From Malacoraja senta (Eukaryota), in contig JAXLNO010001270.1 in NCBI GenBank assembly GCA_038087875.1, positions 62,001 to 122,321 of the forward strand: a stretch of DNA of 60,321 bases. The letters run 5' to 3'. The notes beneath the pieces are model-generated. The model was not told where the DNA came from and searched no databases. It saw only the letters and a program-made list of their open reading frames with translations. Of the stretch, positions 10,972-22,030 are shown piece after piece. A program made the translations under genes and the position numbers. The number at the start of each line of letters is the position of its first letter. The stretch's first letter is position 1.

Positions 10972-12982
10972 CAGGGCTGCCAACATTGGGTGAGAATTGA
11001 GAGTGAGAAATTGCGAGGGAGCATAGCAACTGAGGGGGGGGGGGAGGGGGGCGACCCCCTCCCACGGTAGGGAGCTTTTTGCATTTTTCAGCTTGAAATT
11101 GTGCAATCTGGTGCATACTGTAGCATACTGTGCATATATAAACAAAAACATAGAAACAAGGCAAGAGGAGTCAGACTTCCACCACTGTTCTGCATAAATA
11201 AATCAATCAACCTTACCCTTCGACTATAGAAACAAGACAAAAATAATGCCACATATTCAACCGTATATGGTTTAATGAAATTAAGATATATATGTAAAAC
11301 ATACATATGGAAACAGGCCCTTCGGCCCACCGTCCAAACCGACCAGCAATCTACCATACACCAGTTGTTTCCTACACGCCAGGGACAATTTACAGAAGCC
11401 AATTAACCTACAAACCTGCACTTCTTTCGGTTGTAGGAGAAACCGGAATATCTAGAGAAAACCATGTGGTCATAAGGAGGATGTACAAATACTGTACAGA
11501 CACCACCCAGGACCACAGACATCAGGATCAAATCATGGTCTGTGGTGCTGCAAGGCAGCAACTCCACCGCTGCGCCACCGTGACACCCCATTAAATTATT
11601 TTTTCTGTAATATATTTATTATGGTGTCACGTCATGAACACATGATTCTGATTTCTGCCCTTAGTTTGATAACACACATCTCCAGTCATTGTGTTTTATG
11701 GCTGGTTTTCAACCTCTTCAGTCTGAAGGTCTCGACCCGAAACATCACCTATTCTTTCTCTCCAGAGATGCTGCCTAACCTGCTGAGTTATTCCAGCTTT
11801 TAGTGTCTATCTTCAGTTCCTTCTGCAGTTCCTTCCTACACTCTTTGTTAAGCGAAACAGGTCCTATTCTCATAATATTATTCACCTCAACTAAGTATTT
11901 TCTTCACCTCCGTTGCTGCAGAGAATACAATCCCAGTTATCAAATTTTTTTTCAAAGTGAAAAAAAAATTCCAGCCCTGCCAGTATGTTCATAAATCGCC
12001 CCTGGATTCTCCCCAGAGCAATTGCACCCTTTCTACTGTGTGTCATTGTCTTACATCATGGAAACAGGCCCTTCATCCCAGTTTGTCCATGCAGATCAAG
12101 ATGCCCCATCTAAACTAGTCCCATTTATCCCTTTGGGCATTTGGCCCATATCCCTTTAAACCTTGTGTGTGCCAGTGTGTTTGTAAGAGTGTGTGTTAGG
12201 TTGTGTGAGAGAGCGTGTGTCAGTGATTCGGCGACAACACCTGGAGTGAGCGGAGACTTGGCGATGCCCGCGGAGCATTTCCCTCTCACCCCCCACCCCG
12301 GGAATGCGGGCCGGCCCAGGTGCTCTGTGTCCAGCTGGGGTCCGGGGGAGGTGAGGGTCAGTGACCCATCGATCCGGGGGGAGGTGAGGAACAGTGACCC
12401 GGGGGTCGGGCATCGGAGCGGAGCTATAGCCCGAGATTCATCCCCGCGGCTCCGGAGGTGGCACCGACGCCCCCACTCACTTGGTTCGCTCCTGGCTGGG
12501 GTTAAAACTCCATGCGGTGTGGACAGAGCCGCCGGAGGTGAGGGTGGGAGATGTGAGCGGTGCCTTGGGGGCGGGGGGGGGGTGTGGGGCGGTACGGTGA
12601 CCATGTCTCACCATCACACCATCTGCACGGGAATGTGAATGAGGGTGAGGCGGCATCTATAGAGCGGTAGACAAAAATGCTGGAGAAATGCTAGTCTGAA
12701 GAAGGGTCAAACTCAGGCATAGATGCTGCCTCACCCGCTGAGTTTCTCCAGCATTTTTGTCTACATTGCCATTTTAAATAGTGTACGATGGGCTTAAGGC
12801 GATTAAATTGCTCGTTCTTTACTGGGAACCCGCCAACTATTCTCATTGATGAGTGTGGCTGTATTTATTTATATTTAATACAGGGTTTTTTAGCGTGAGA
12901 ACTTCTGTCATCAGCGTGAGAGGGTGAGAATTTCGTCAAATGCGTGAGTCTCACGCTCAATGAGTGAGAGTTGGCAGCCCTG
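10972..12982. mobile_element. Non-autonomous hAT-like DNA transposon with 6-bp TSD (hAT6-like)
   Basis: Perfect 13-bp TIRs CAGGGCTGCCAAC / GTTGGCAGCCCTG; TSD CGGAGA at 10966-10971 and 12983-12988; GTGAGA subterminal repeats. Confidence 0.85.
11305..11590 (-). mobile_element. HE1/V-SINE-like SINE
   Basis: The reverse complement starts GTCACGGTGGCGCAGCGGTGGAGTTGCTGCC, contains the V-domain and ends in a CR1-like tail GGGCCGAAGGGCCTGTTTCC. Confidence 0.8.
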
Positions 12983-14237
12983 CGGAGACAGTGGGCTGAG
13001 GGAGAGCTGGGAAAGGGAGGAGAAAGCAGGGACTACCTGAAATTGAAGGTCAATGTTCATACCGTTGGGGTGTAAACTGCCCAAGCGAAATATGAGGTGC
13101 TGCCCCTCCAATTTGCGGTGGGCCTCACTCTGGCCATGGAGGAGGCCCAGGACAGAAAGGTCGTATTCGGAATGGGAGGGGGAGTTGAAGTGCTGAGTGG
13201 GAGTGGGACATCAGGTTGGTTATTGCGAACTGAGTGGAGGTGTTGTGCAAAGCAATCGCCAAGCCTGCGCTTGGACTCACTGAGGTTGATTATACGCTGA
13301 ATAATCTAACCACATTTTTGTTTTGAAGTGGAAAGAAATAATATAAATTACATTCATTGCAATGTGTAAAAAGAGTTGAGATACTGTATATACTGTATTA
13401 TAATTTTGCTGCGTCATTGTGATATATCATGTCTTGATTGGTGAATATGTTTAGTGTGTGACTTTATTTGAAGCAGAAATAATATGTGAATGCTTCATTG
13501 AGCATAATTCCGACTGATAACTACGCACTTCGTCCGAGCACATTATCGCACGCGTCATGCAAGCCATCTTAAATGACCACCTAAACTCATTTGGCAACCT
13601 AAAAAGCTGCCTAGGTTGCCCGGCTGGAAACAGAGAAAAAAAGTTAAGTGAGAGCCCTGATTAGTGCTTTCTAAAGTCAACATCACCAGCATTGAGACTC
13701 TACAAACACTCAGTTCGTGCTAGTGGACAGACTATGCCATTCTTATGCCTGATATCAGACTTCAGAAAGAAATATTCCATTCCAAACGCTATCACGTAAA
13801 TAAATTACCAGGGAGCCAGAGGAAAAGATTCAAGGATGTCCTTGAAAAATGCCACATTCTCACCAGTTCCTGGGAATTCCTGGCCTGGCATTGCTCGATG
13901 TGGAAAGGTAGCATTTGGGATAGCACCAAGAATCTCGAGTCCAGGTGTCAAGAGCACACATAAGCCAAGAAGGAATGGTAATAGGAACACACCATCGCCA
14001 AAACAGCCTACCCGCTCTCCAGGTCAAGCACCGCCTGCCCCACTCATGGCAAAACCTGTAAAGGACTTTCCCACACTAGCCTCAGTCACTTCAGAACTGG
14101 AGTGGTGACAATGCGTCCTCAAGGACAAGACACAGCTTTTCATGTTCCATCCCACAGAGTCTTACACCAAAAAAAGGAAATGTACTGTTCAGTCATATAG
14201 TAAACGTGCCAGTTAATTTACACAATTATGTGGGAGA

Positions 14238-14703
14238 TAGAAACATAGAAAATAGGTGCATGAGGAGGCCATGTGGCCCTTCAAGCCTGCACCGCCATTC
14301 ATTGTGATCATGACTGATCATCCACAATCAGTAATCCATGCCTGCCTTCTTCCCATATCCCTTGATTCTGCTTGCCCCTAGAGCTTTATCTAACTTTAAA
14401 ATTCATCCAGTGAATTGGCCTCTACTGCCTTCTGTGGCAGAGAATTCCACAAATTCACAACTCTCTGGGTGAAAAAGTGTTTTCTCATCTCAGTTTTAAA
14501 TGGCCTCCCCTTTATTCTTCTACTGGCCCCTGGTTCTGGACTCCCCCAACATTGGGAACATTTTTCCTGCATCTAGCTTGTCCAGTCCTTTTATAATTTT
14601 ATACGTTTCTATAAGACCCCCTCTAAATTCCAGTGAATACAAGCCCAGTCTTTCCAATCTTTCCTCATATGACAGTCCCGCCATCCAGGGGATTAACCTC
14701 GTG
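14238..14703 (-). mobile_element. CR1 LINE 3' fragment
   Basis: Matches the 3' end of the CR1 at 48300-48778, including a TTTCTATG-type tail. Confidence 0.9.
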
Positions 14704-16564
14704 ATGTCAATCCTACACTGAGTTTTCTCATTTTCAGTTACATAATCTGCAAAAACAGAACACTTCTTCTTGGATTCTTGAGCTCATAAAAATGTAGTAG
14801 CAGAAAAAAAAATGTACTCAATACTATGCACAATTAAGTAGCAAAAGAAAAAAATGAACTTGCAGTTTTCAAAAATTAAATGTTATCATTGTCAATTAAT
14901 TGTCTTTTGAAATGTAGTCAATGATGTGATGATGCAAGGAAATGTAGCAGCCAATCTACTCACTGTAAGATTCTATCAACAATAATGGAGCCAATTGATC
15001 ATATAAGATCTTGTTTAGTGATGTTGGTTAAAGAATGAATATTGAGCAAGAACCAGTGACTTCAACTATTAATTTAGTGCCATAAATTTTACATTTACAC
15101 GATGAGGACTGACAGGGCCTCTGGTTAAATGGCTAGAATAGTGGCCTAAAACCTGAAAGTGAAGGTACATGTCTAGATTGGTGGACAAACTAGTGTTCGA
15201 TGAGAATCCGATTTAAGGAAAAAAGACTAATTCCAATATATTGTGATGTTTCTTGGCTTGTAACAAGAGCAAGATTCTGTTCAGAGAAATAAGTGAAACT
15301 AATTAGCAATACATACGAGATATAATTTGAGCTCCAAGACAGATTATTCCTTGGCAACTTCACAGGCAAGAGCTCGGAGGTCATAGCAATGTTACACCAC
15401 CTGATTTCACTAAACGGTTATCCAAGACTTAATGAGCTTTAACATATGCCCATAACTTTACTTTCATTAAATGATAAAATGAGCTAGCCTTTCAAACAAA
15501 TATTGATTTGTATCATACAATGTCAAAATAAGCAATGAGTTTGGATTTCAATCTTATTTTTAACAAGTATGCTTTTGCAGTTCAATTGAACATTGAAATT
15601 AAAAACTATCATGTGTGTGAAAATAGGAGACGGACATAAACAAACTATGTATTTAAACACTGCATCCCAGAAAGATGAACATAAAACTCCCAAGTAGAAG
15701 TCTTTCACATCTTAGGCCTAGCTCTGCAGCTAATAAAGGAAGGACATTGTGTAAATGTTCTTGCAATCTAAGTTTCACCCATCTTCCAATCACAAATACA
15801 TCTTCATGCAGGATCTGGAAAATCAGACATCAATTCACTGCTCAAAATCTTTAAAGTCCTCCTTAAAATGAAAAATGCGAAGGATAATCTCAAACAGATG
15901 AGAGATGTGAACCAGGGGAGAGAAGAAGTGAAGGAAATGTCCTGTCAATTATGGCACAAGAAACTTTGGTTAAGTAAAAAGACTTATCAGAAGTATTAAT
16001 AAGGAAAGTGACATTAGAACAGGGGTAATGGAGGGAAGTAGAGGAAATAGAATGGCTTCCTCAAAAAAATAAAGGTAGGGCAGAAGCATAATTATCAGGC
16101 ATAGTTCAACTTAATTCATTGAAAAAGTTTGTCTGTCCTAAAACCATTCTTTCAGAATTAAGTCCTCCGTTTCTTCCTCGACTGCAGAACCAACCAATCA
16201 TTAGCCTACTTGTCAGAATTAAGGGTCATCCTTTTATGCAAGTTCTTCATCCATTAAAAAAAAAAAATTGTCTCTAATATGACAAACTTTTCTCTCAGCC
16301 TATTTAATCTTTCCCACTTTAGCCTTTGAAAGAGATCCACATGCAAGGACATAAATCAATCAACAGGCACAACCCTCCAACATGGCCCAAAACAAAGACT
16401 AAAATATAGAAGTTTCCATTCTGTACCCGGTTATATGTCTAGATCTGCATTGTGTTATTTTATGCAGAGGGGAAGTGAAATAAAGTATTTTGGCACAGGA
16501 AGAACAAAAATGTCAAGATTCTAGTAATACAAGCATAAAAGCACACATAAACAGCTGTTAATTA

Positions 16565-17340
16565 AAGACCTCTACCTTCCGCTTCTGCCACTTCTACCAA
16601 TTCTAGGCTTCTGTTCCCTTGCCTGTAATTATATTTCCATTTTTTACTTGCACTATTGTACCTTCCGTCTTCCAATCTCTCCTGATTTCTGCTCTTCCAT
16701 ACATTTAAGGATTTTTTATTTTTTTAATTTCAGACTCAACATTTGCAATTTATTTTACAATAGTTTTATTTTACTTTCATGTCACCAACGCACTGTTTCC
16801 AGATGAAGCTGCAATTTACTTGCATCTTGTATACCATATTCACTCCTCTGAGTTACGTTGAATATGAGGCTGAACTCGAAATGAACGTGGGAACAAGATT
16901 GAGAATTTGAATGACAGGACTCCAAAATTTCAAATCACCTGTCATTCAAATTCTCAATCTTGTTCCCACGTTTATTTCGAGTTCAGCCTCATATTCAACG
17001 TAATATAGTTCAACACAAAGTAGTGAAAGAACAACTCAACTTCTCTTTAAACATAAAGCAACCTTACAAACAAAATGTTATTCCTCTATTTTACTTGTTC
17101 AGCATTAAAAAAAACAGATATGCAGCCATCACTATTTTCTTTGTTAATTTGAGATGACTCCATTTTTCTCACTTTACTAGCTCTAGACCTCTGTTCCATT
17201 ATTGCACGTCACTGTATTACCATTTTTTATTGCACTATTGCCCATTTTGTCTTTCAGTTTCTCCTGATTTCTGCACACAAGGATTTTCTGACATTTTTAT
17301 TTCAAAATTCCCAAAATTTGCAATATTTACACATTAGTAT
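16565..17340 (+). mobile_element. Old Penelope-like remnant with degenerate direct terminal repeats and an internal fold-back
   Basis: ORF 16960-17157 QHKVVKEQLNFSLNIKQP resembles RKLEEQHLIFRLGSLHP; similar ~190-bp segments at ~16570-16770 and ~17157-17340. Confidence 0.55.
16853..17003. repeat. Near-perfect inverted repeat: 66-bp arms, 19-nt loop
   Basis: 16853-16918 versus 16938-17003, one mismatch seen. Confidence 0.95.
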
Positions 17341-19157
17341 ATGTTTTGTGCTGTACCTTTACTAAATCTTTCTTGGCCAAGGAGGAAGGGAGAACCCATT
17401 CCAGGACTCAACTGTTTTATTCCCAGGAAGTATAAACAACCCTCACTTCTAAACATGAAGGCCTTATCCTTAATTCTGTAACTAACTTCAAGAACATGAA
17501 TCAATGAGGAACTCGATACCAGTGCCCTGCAGTAACATCGTGCACCGATTTTAAATTAAAATTAATTTCATGTTGATGTCTGATGTGACAATTCACTGTA
17601 AACTCAGATATGAAAGGTCACTTTAAGAGACATCAAGGCAATAAACATATCACGTGGATAAATACAGGGAAGCTATCATTTACACACACGGTTCATAGAT
17701 TAAAGGTCATGTTCACGCAATGGTTAAAAATAAAGCATGGGCATGCAAGAAAAACTTTTATGCACCAGTTATAATCTGTATCTCACAGTCTAAAATAATG
17801 GTAAAAACAAAGTTAATCATGCCTTTCAAGAGGGAATTGGACAGTCCAGAGGCAAAACAATCTCTGGATCTGTGGAGGAGAAGTGTTGGGAAATAGGAAT
17901 ACCTGGATTGCTCTACAAGAGTTGTCACTGACATTGTAGGGCAAATAGGTGCCTTCTGTGTCATAACAATTCTTATGATTTAATCGATTCTGATCGTCAG
18001 ACCATCGAGAATTTCACAATGGTTAAATTTTGTTTTGAAGAAAATAGCTATAATGCAGTAGTTTTGCAATTTCAATCATTTCAACAGATTGTAATTTTAA
18101 GCAATTGTGTACAGTTCAAGAAAACATGGCTGTCCAATAAGATATATGGAATAATTATCTCCTCAAAATGACTGAGATTATTGTATTTTACACAGGTTTT
18201 TTCTAATCACAGCCTACGAGTTAAAATGACGAGCTATATCATCACAAATTCAAACCTATGGAGAATGGCATACACATTCCAAAGTAATATTTTATATTTG
18301 TCCAAGTAGTTTATGATGTAGTAAATAAATACAACAATGTTAACAAACTCCAGCTTTCTGTTTAAAATATACTAACAAGTGTGCAGACATTTTAAAAAGA
18401 GTGCAATTCGAGCTTCGCCCTGCTATACAAGACATTTTCTTATGTATGTAACAGGTTACAACTATTGTCCATTTCAAACCACTGAATCCCTTGACAATTT
18501 CATATTTAACAACAACATGTGAACAATGAAACTGTACCACAAGTGCAAATTAACGGGTTACAGCACATGCTTACACTACTAATTTTGAGTTTGTTAATAG
18601 TTCCTTGGTAACCAAGATATGGCCCAATGCCATAAAGCTTCCAAACACTAATACTTCTCAAATTTAGATAATCTTCCACAAATGTTTACTCCTACTATAT
18701 TCAAGGTTAGCTGGCTCCTTCCCAGAGAAACGCAATTGCAAACAATTTAGACCACAGTGAACATTATCATTCCCACTGGATTATCTAGATAAAATAAAAA
18801 TAAATGAACTGAATGAGGATTAAAGATATAAGCCATATACAAGACACCCTGTTTGCCTACTCAGAAACCGTTGACATCTTCCATTTAAGGCAACATATAG
18901 CACATTCTGAGAGACAGATTTATTGGCAATTAACTTGAAAAATATGCATCTGGCTTCCACAAGCATAGCTGCAAGTGAAGTTGGGTGGTGGAGGGTAGAT
19001 GAAATTAAACCAAGCACAATTTCAGACACACTTCTCCACCTCCTGCACATGCAGCATTTACCTGTCAGAACACGCGGTAAATAGAAAGCTTCTCATCCGT
19101 TGTTCCCGCCGCACTCACAAGATCCTTATCGGAACACTCGGTCTCCTAAACACTCAC

Positions 19158-19219
19158 CTGCCCAGGTCTTCACCGATCTGGTAATAATCTTCCACATTTG
19201 CTTGGTTAAAAACGGTCAT
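19158..19219 (-). CDS. DAPK1: Death-associated protein kinase 1, first coding exon (62 bp, phase-2 donor)
   Basis: ATG at 19219 in the Kozak context GCTACCATGA; translates MTVFNQANVEDYYQIGEDLG(S) versus human DAPK1 [21 protein letters not shown]; donor AG|GTGAGT at 19157. MTVF fits DAPK1 better than DAPK3 (MSTF) or DAPK2. Confidence 0.9.
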
Positions 19220-19332
19220 GGTAGCTGGCTACTGCATCCCGGCGTACAACCGGCCGTGTAAAGGTGACCAATTTCAGCATCCAGCAGGGAGAGCCTTCCT
19301 CGCTTGCGCCCGCAGTTTTAAATTCATTTTGC
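19220..19332 (-). other. DAPK1: 5' UTR part of the DAPK1 ATG-containing exon (exon 19158-19332)
   Basis: Candidate acceptor TTTTAACTTTTACACAG|GC with the AG at 19334-19333. Confidence 0.7.
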
Positions 19333-19599
19333 CTGTGTAAAAGTTAAAATTATACTTATGCACAAAACCGCTTTTCTAAGAAATAAAAATGAACACCATG
19401 GGCGTTTCTCGACATTTAAAACAAATGCATTTCTTATGATTCAGCTACACGACATACAACAATAAAACAATCAGCATTATTCCTCACAATGCAAAACCAG
19501 ACAATTGTAGTAATATAATAAAATAAACAAAAACATATATATTTAAAATCACATCCATTGTTGCCCCCACATAAAGCCAGCGACACCCATATCTTTGAA

Positions 19600-20430
19600 A
19601 TGGAACTGACTAGCGTGAACTCGTCAATACTGGCCAGCGACACGGGGCTGGACACCCAACGGCGGGGACATCGAAATATTACCATTTAAAAATATATATA
19701 AAAGGGCTCGAATTGTTTACCAACCAGCAACCATTCGCTTCCCTGTACAAATTCTATCCGAAACCAATCCGAATTTTAAAGCACGGACACCTCGCACTTG
19801 GTCAATTAAAACCTTACAACACGAGAGTCCCGCGAGCAAAGGTCCGAGATGTTTTGCTGAAGGATCCGTCCCCGCCGTATGCTCGGCGCCAGCTTCGGCC
19901 TCCAACCCCAAGCAACCCAAGGAGTAAGAGGAGGAAATACCAGCCCACTCCCGGTGGACCATTTGCACCGTGAGCGAAGAAATGTAACGCGCCAACCACC
20001 CAGAGCTGAAAAGCAGAGGGAGAGGGAGAGGGAGAGAGACAGAGCGAGGAGTTTGCAGCTGTGTTCGGCTGCAAACCGGCGGCGGCAGTTCGTGAGGAAG
20101 CGGCCCGGAGGCCGGCGTCAGCTGCCCCGGGTCCCCGAGCCCAGAGCGGCGGCCCAACCTATGACAGCCGGCAGCTGCATACTCACTGCCACTCAGTCAC
20201 TACTCGCTCTCTGGCGCCTGGGGAAAATATCCAGCTCCCACACCCGGCTTTGTGGTTATTTTCCGTGCATAAAGCGACTCCCCGATTACCAGGCCACCCG
20301 TTTCCTTCAACTTACTGCTCCTTCTGCAAATTAGCAACCGCTGGGAAATAAGGTGTGTTCTCCCGAGGTGCCAGAGGCGGAATGGAAGTTACAGCAAAGA
20401 GCTCGCTACTTCCCTCTCGCACTGGCGTCT
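19600..20430 (-). promoter_or_regulatory. CpG island, likely the DAPK1 promoter and non-coding exon 1
   Basis: Non-repeat, GC- and CpG-rich stretch just upstream of the ATG exon; GA tract at 20015-20045; candidate minus-strand donors GTGAGT (20186), GTAAGT (20315) and GTAAGG (19817). The TSS cannot be placed from sequence alone. Confidence 0.7.
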
Positions 20431-21674
20431 GCACGTTTCTTTCCACAAGATGGGATCTTTCCTTGCAGTGTCGTTTATTTCTCCTGTTCCTGCCTTTGCT
20501 TCACAGCATAGGGGTGTTGTCTTCGAGTTAGCCTGTAGCAAAGATGATCAAATCCATTGTAAATCGTACACTTGCAGAAAGCGGAGCAAATTGTTCTTTG
20601 AGGCAGGATCCTGACACTTGACTCTGAAGTCCTTATAATTTTAAGGAACAAGTTTCGAATGACAATGTTACATTAATAATAATACAATCGGAAAATGTTG
20701 GTGACATTTAGCGGATCAGGCAGCATCTCTGGAAAGAGAAGCAAAGTTAATGTCTCAGGTCAAAGATAAACATTAACTGCGGTTGTCCAGCCACAGGTAC
20801 TGCCTTACCCACTAAGTGACCGGCCCTTAATACAATTTCAAATAACTATTTTAAAGAGTTAATATCGGCACACAGTAGGCACACTTGAATTACCATCACT
20901 GCCTCTGCCCCTCTGCTAAATGTTACTCTTAGTGGAGACAATATGTAAACTTGGTGCAAAGTACAGTATTTTTTTGACAGTGAAATGTGCCCAGCCTCAT
21001 GACTTACCTTTGGAGTTTACCTCTGAATACATAGTAGTCCACATTTTAAGGACTGTAATGATTAAAAAAACAATCAAATTTCAATAATAGGTATCTGGCA
21101 GATAGCATATTATGTTTTCCTTTTCTCTCTTTCATTTAGGTAAGATAGTTTCACACCTTGTCCATAGTTACATAAGTCAATTTGGCCCCCTTGACCCTTG
21201 TTAACTCCTTGTATCCAGCATACACTACCCATGGCTGGATGTAGGGATACTTCCAATGTTCTGTTTTCCTAGGACTCTGCAAATTTAAAATCTGGGAATG
21301 GTGGGGATGCACGATGTTATCCATGACAAAAGGAAACAGATGGAAGATAATTAGCACAAGGCCGTGAAGCAATGTGAGCAAGACCCTACCAAAATTGTAG
21401 GATAAATGGCAAAAAATTGATTCGAAGTTGCATAAGAGGTAAAATAAGTTGCAGAAAACGAATGTTTTTCTATTACTAATTTACAAAATCCAGAAGAAAG
21501 GGAAGCCAGAGTCCCCATGCGCATCCAACAGGTGTGAAACATGGGAAGTGATGGATTACTTGGGAGTTTTCAAAGCTCAGGGTCAGCTGCTCCTATAATC
21601 CATATTGCAGTAGTCGTGTGATATCAGATCTGCAATTTTCATATGTCAGAACTTCAGTAGGGCACGAAACATTC

Positions 21675-22030
21675 GAGCTGTACAAAATCATGAAAGGAAT
21701 AGATCGGGTAGATGCACCGAGTCTCTTGCCCAGAATGGGGGAATTGGGAACCAGAGACCATTGGTTTGAGGTGAGGGGGAAAAGATTTAATAGGAACCTG
21801 AGGAACTGTTTCATGCAAAGGGTGGTAGGTGTATGGAACGAGCTGCCGGATGAGATAGTTGAGGCAGGTACTATCGCAACGTTTAAGAAACATTTAGGTA
21901 CATGGGTAGGACAGGTTTAGAGGGATATTTGCCAAATACAGGCAGGTGGGTCTAGTGTAGATGAGACATGTTGGCAGTGTGGGCAAGTTGGGCCGAGGGG
22001 CCTGTTTCCACACTGTATGACTGTATATGG
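21675..22030 (+). mobile_element. CR1 LINE 3' fragment (older subfamily)
   Basis: ORF 21618-21920 YKIMKGIDRVD...RVVGVWNELP...FKKHL. Confidence 0.85.

Larger units (their letters stand above)
10826..13280 (-). mobile_element. Penelope-like element 3' fragment, split by the DNA element at 10972-12982
   Basis: ORF 12911-13111 EGQHLIFRLGSLHPNGMNID (end of the GIY-YIG domain); the two halves join to match 51783-52200. Confidence 0.85.
8908..13659. mobile_element. Non-autonomous hAT-like DNA transposon with 5-bp TSD (hAT5-like), carrying nested insertions
   Basis: TIRs CAGGGCTCGAAATTAAC / GTTAAGTGAGAGCCCTG; TSD ATTAG at 8903-8907 and 13660-13664; subterminal GGTTGCCCGG/GGCAACC motifs at both ends. 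Confidence 0.8.
8560..14120 (+). mobile_element. Old RTE LINE 3' fragment split by the DNA element at 8908-13659
   Basis: The downstream piece translates to ITSIETL...MPDIRLQK...GSQRKRFKDVL, typical of the RTE C-terminus. The upstream piece resembles the HLKALE.YH region also seen in the RTE at 25035-25220. Confidence 0.6.

Noticed and set aside
1-19157. Further DAPK1 kinase exons
   Set aside because: No GQFAVV, HFDLKPEN or DFG-type motifs seen in the ORF track or by eye; they probably lie beyond the window start. Very short exons could have been missed.
19274-19327. In-frame upstream ATG as an N-terminal extension of DAPK1
   Set aside because: An in-frame TGA follows after 17 codons, so it is treated as a uORF.
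19717-20351. ORFs of 86-151 aa on both strands in the CpG island
   Set aside because: Expected from stop-codon scarcity in GC-rich DNA; no recognisable protein.
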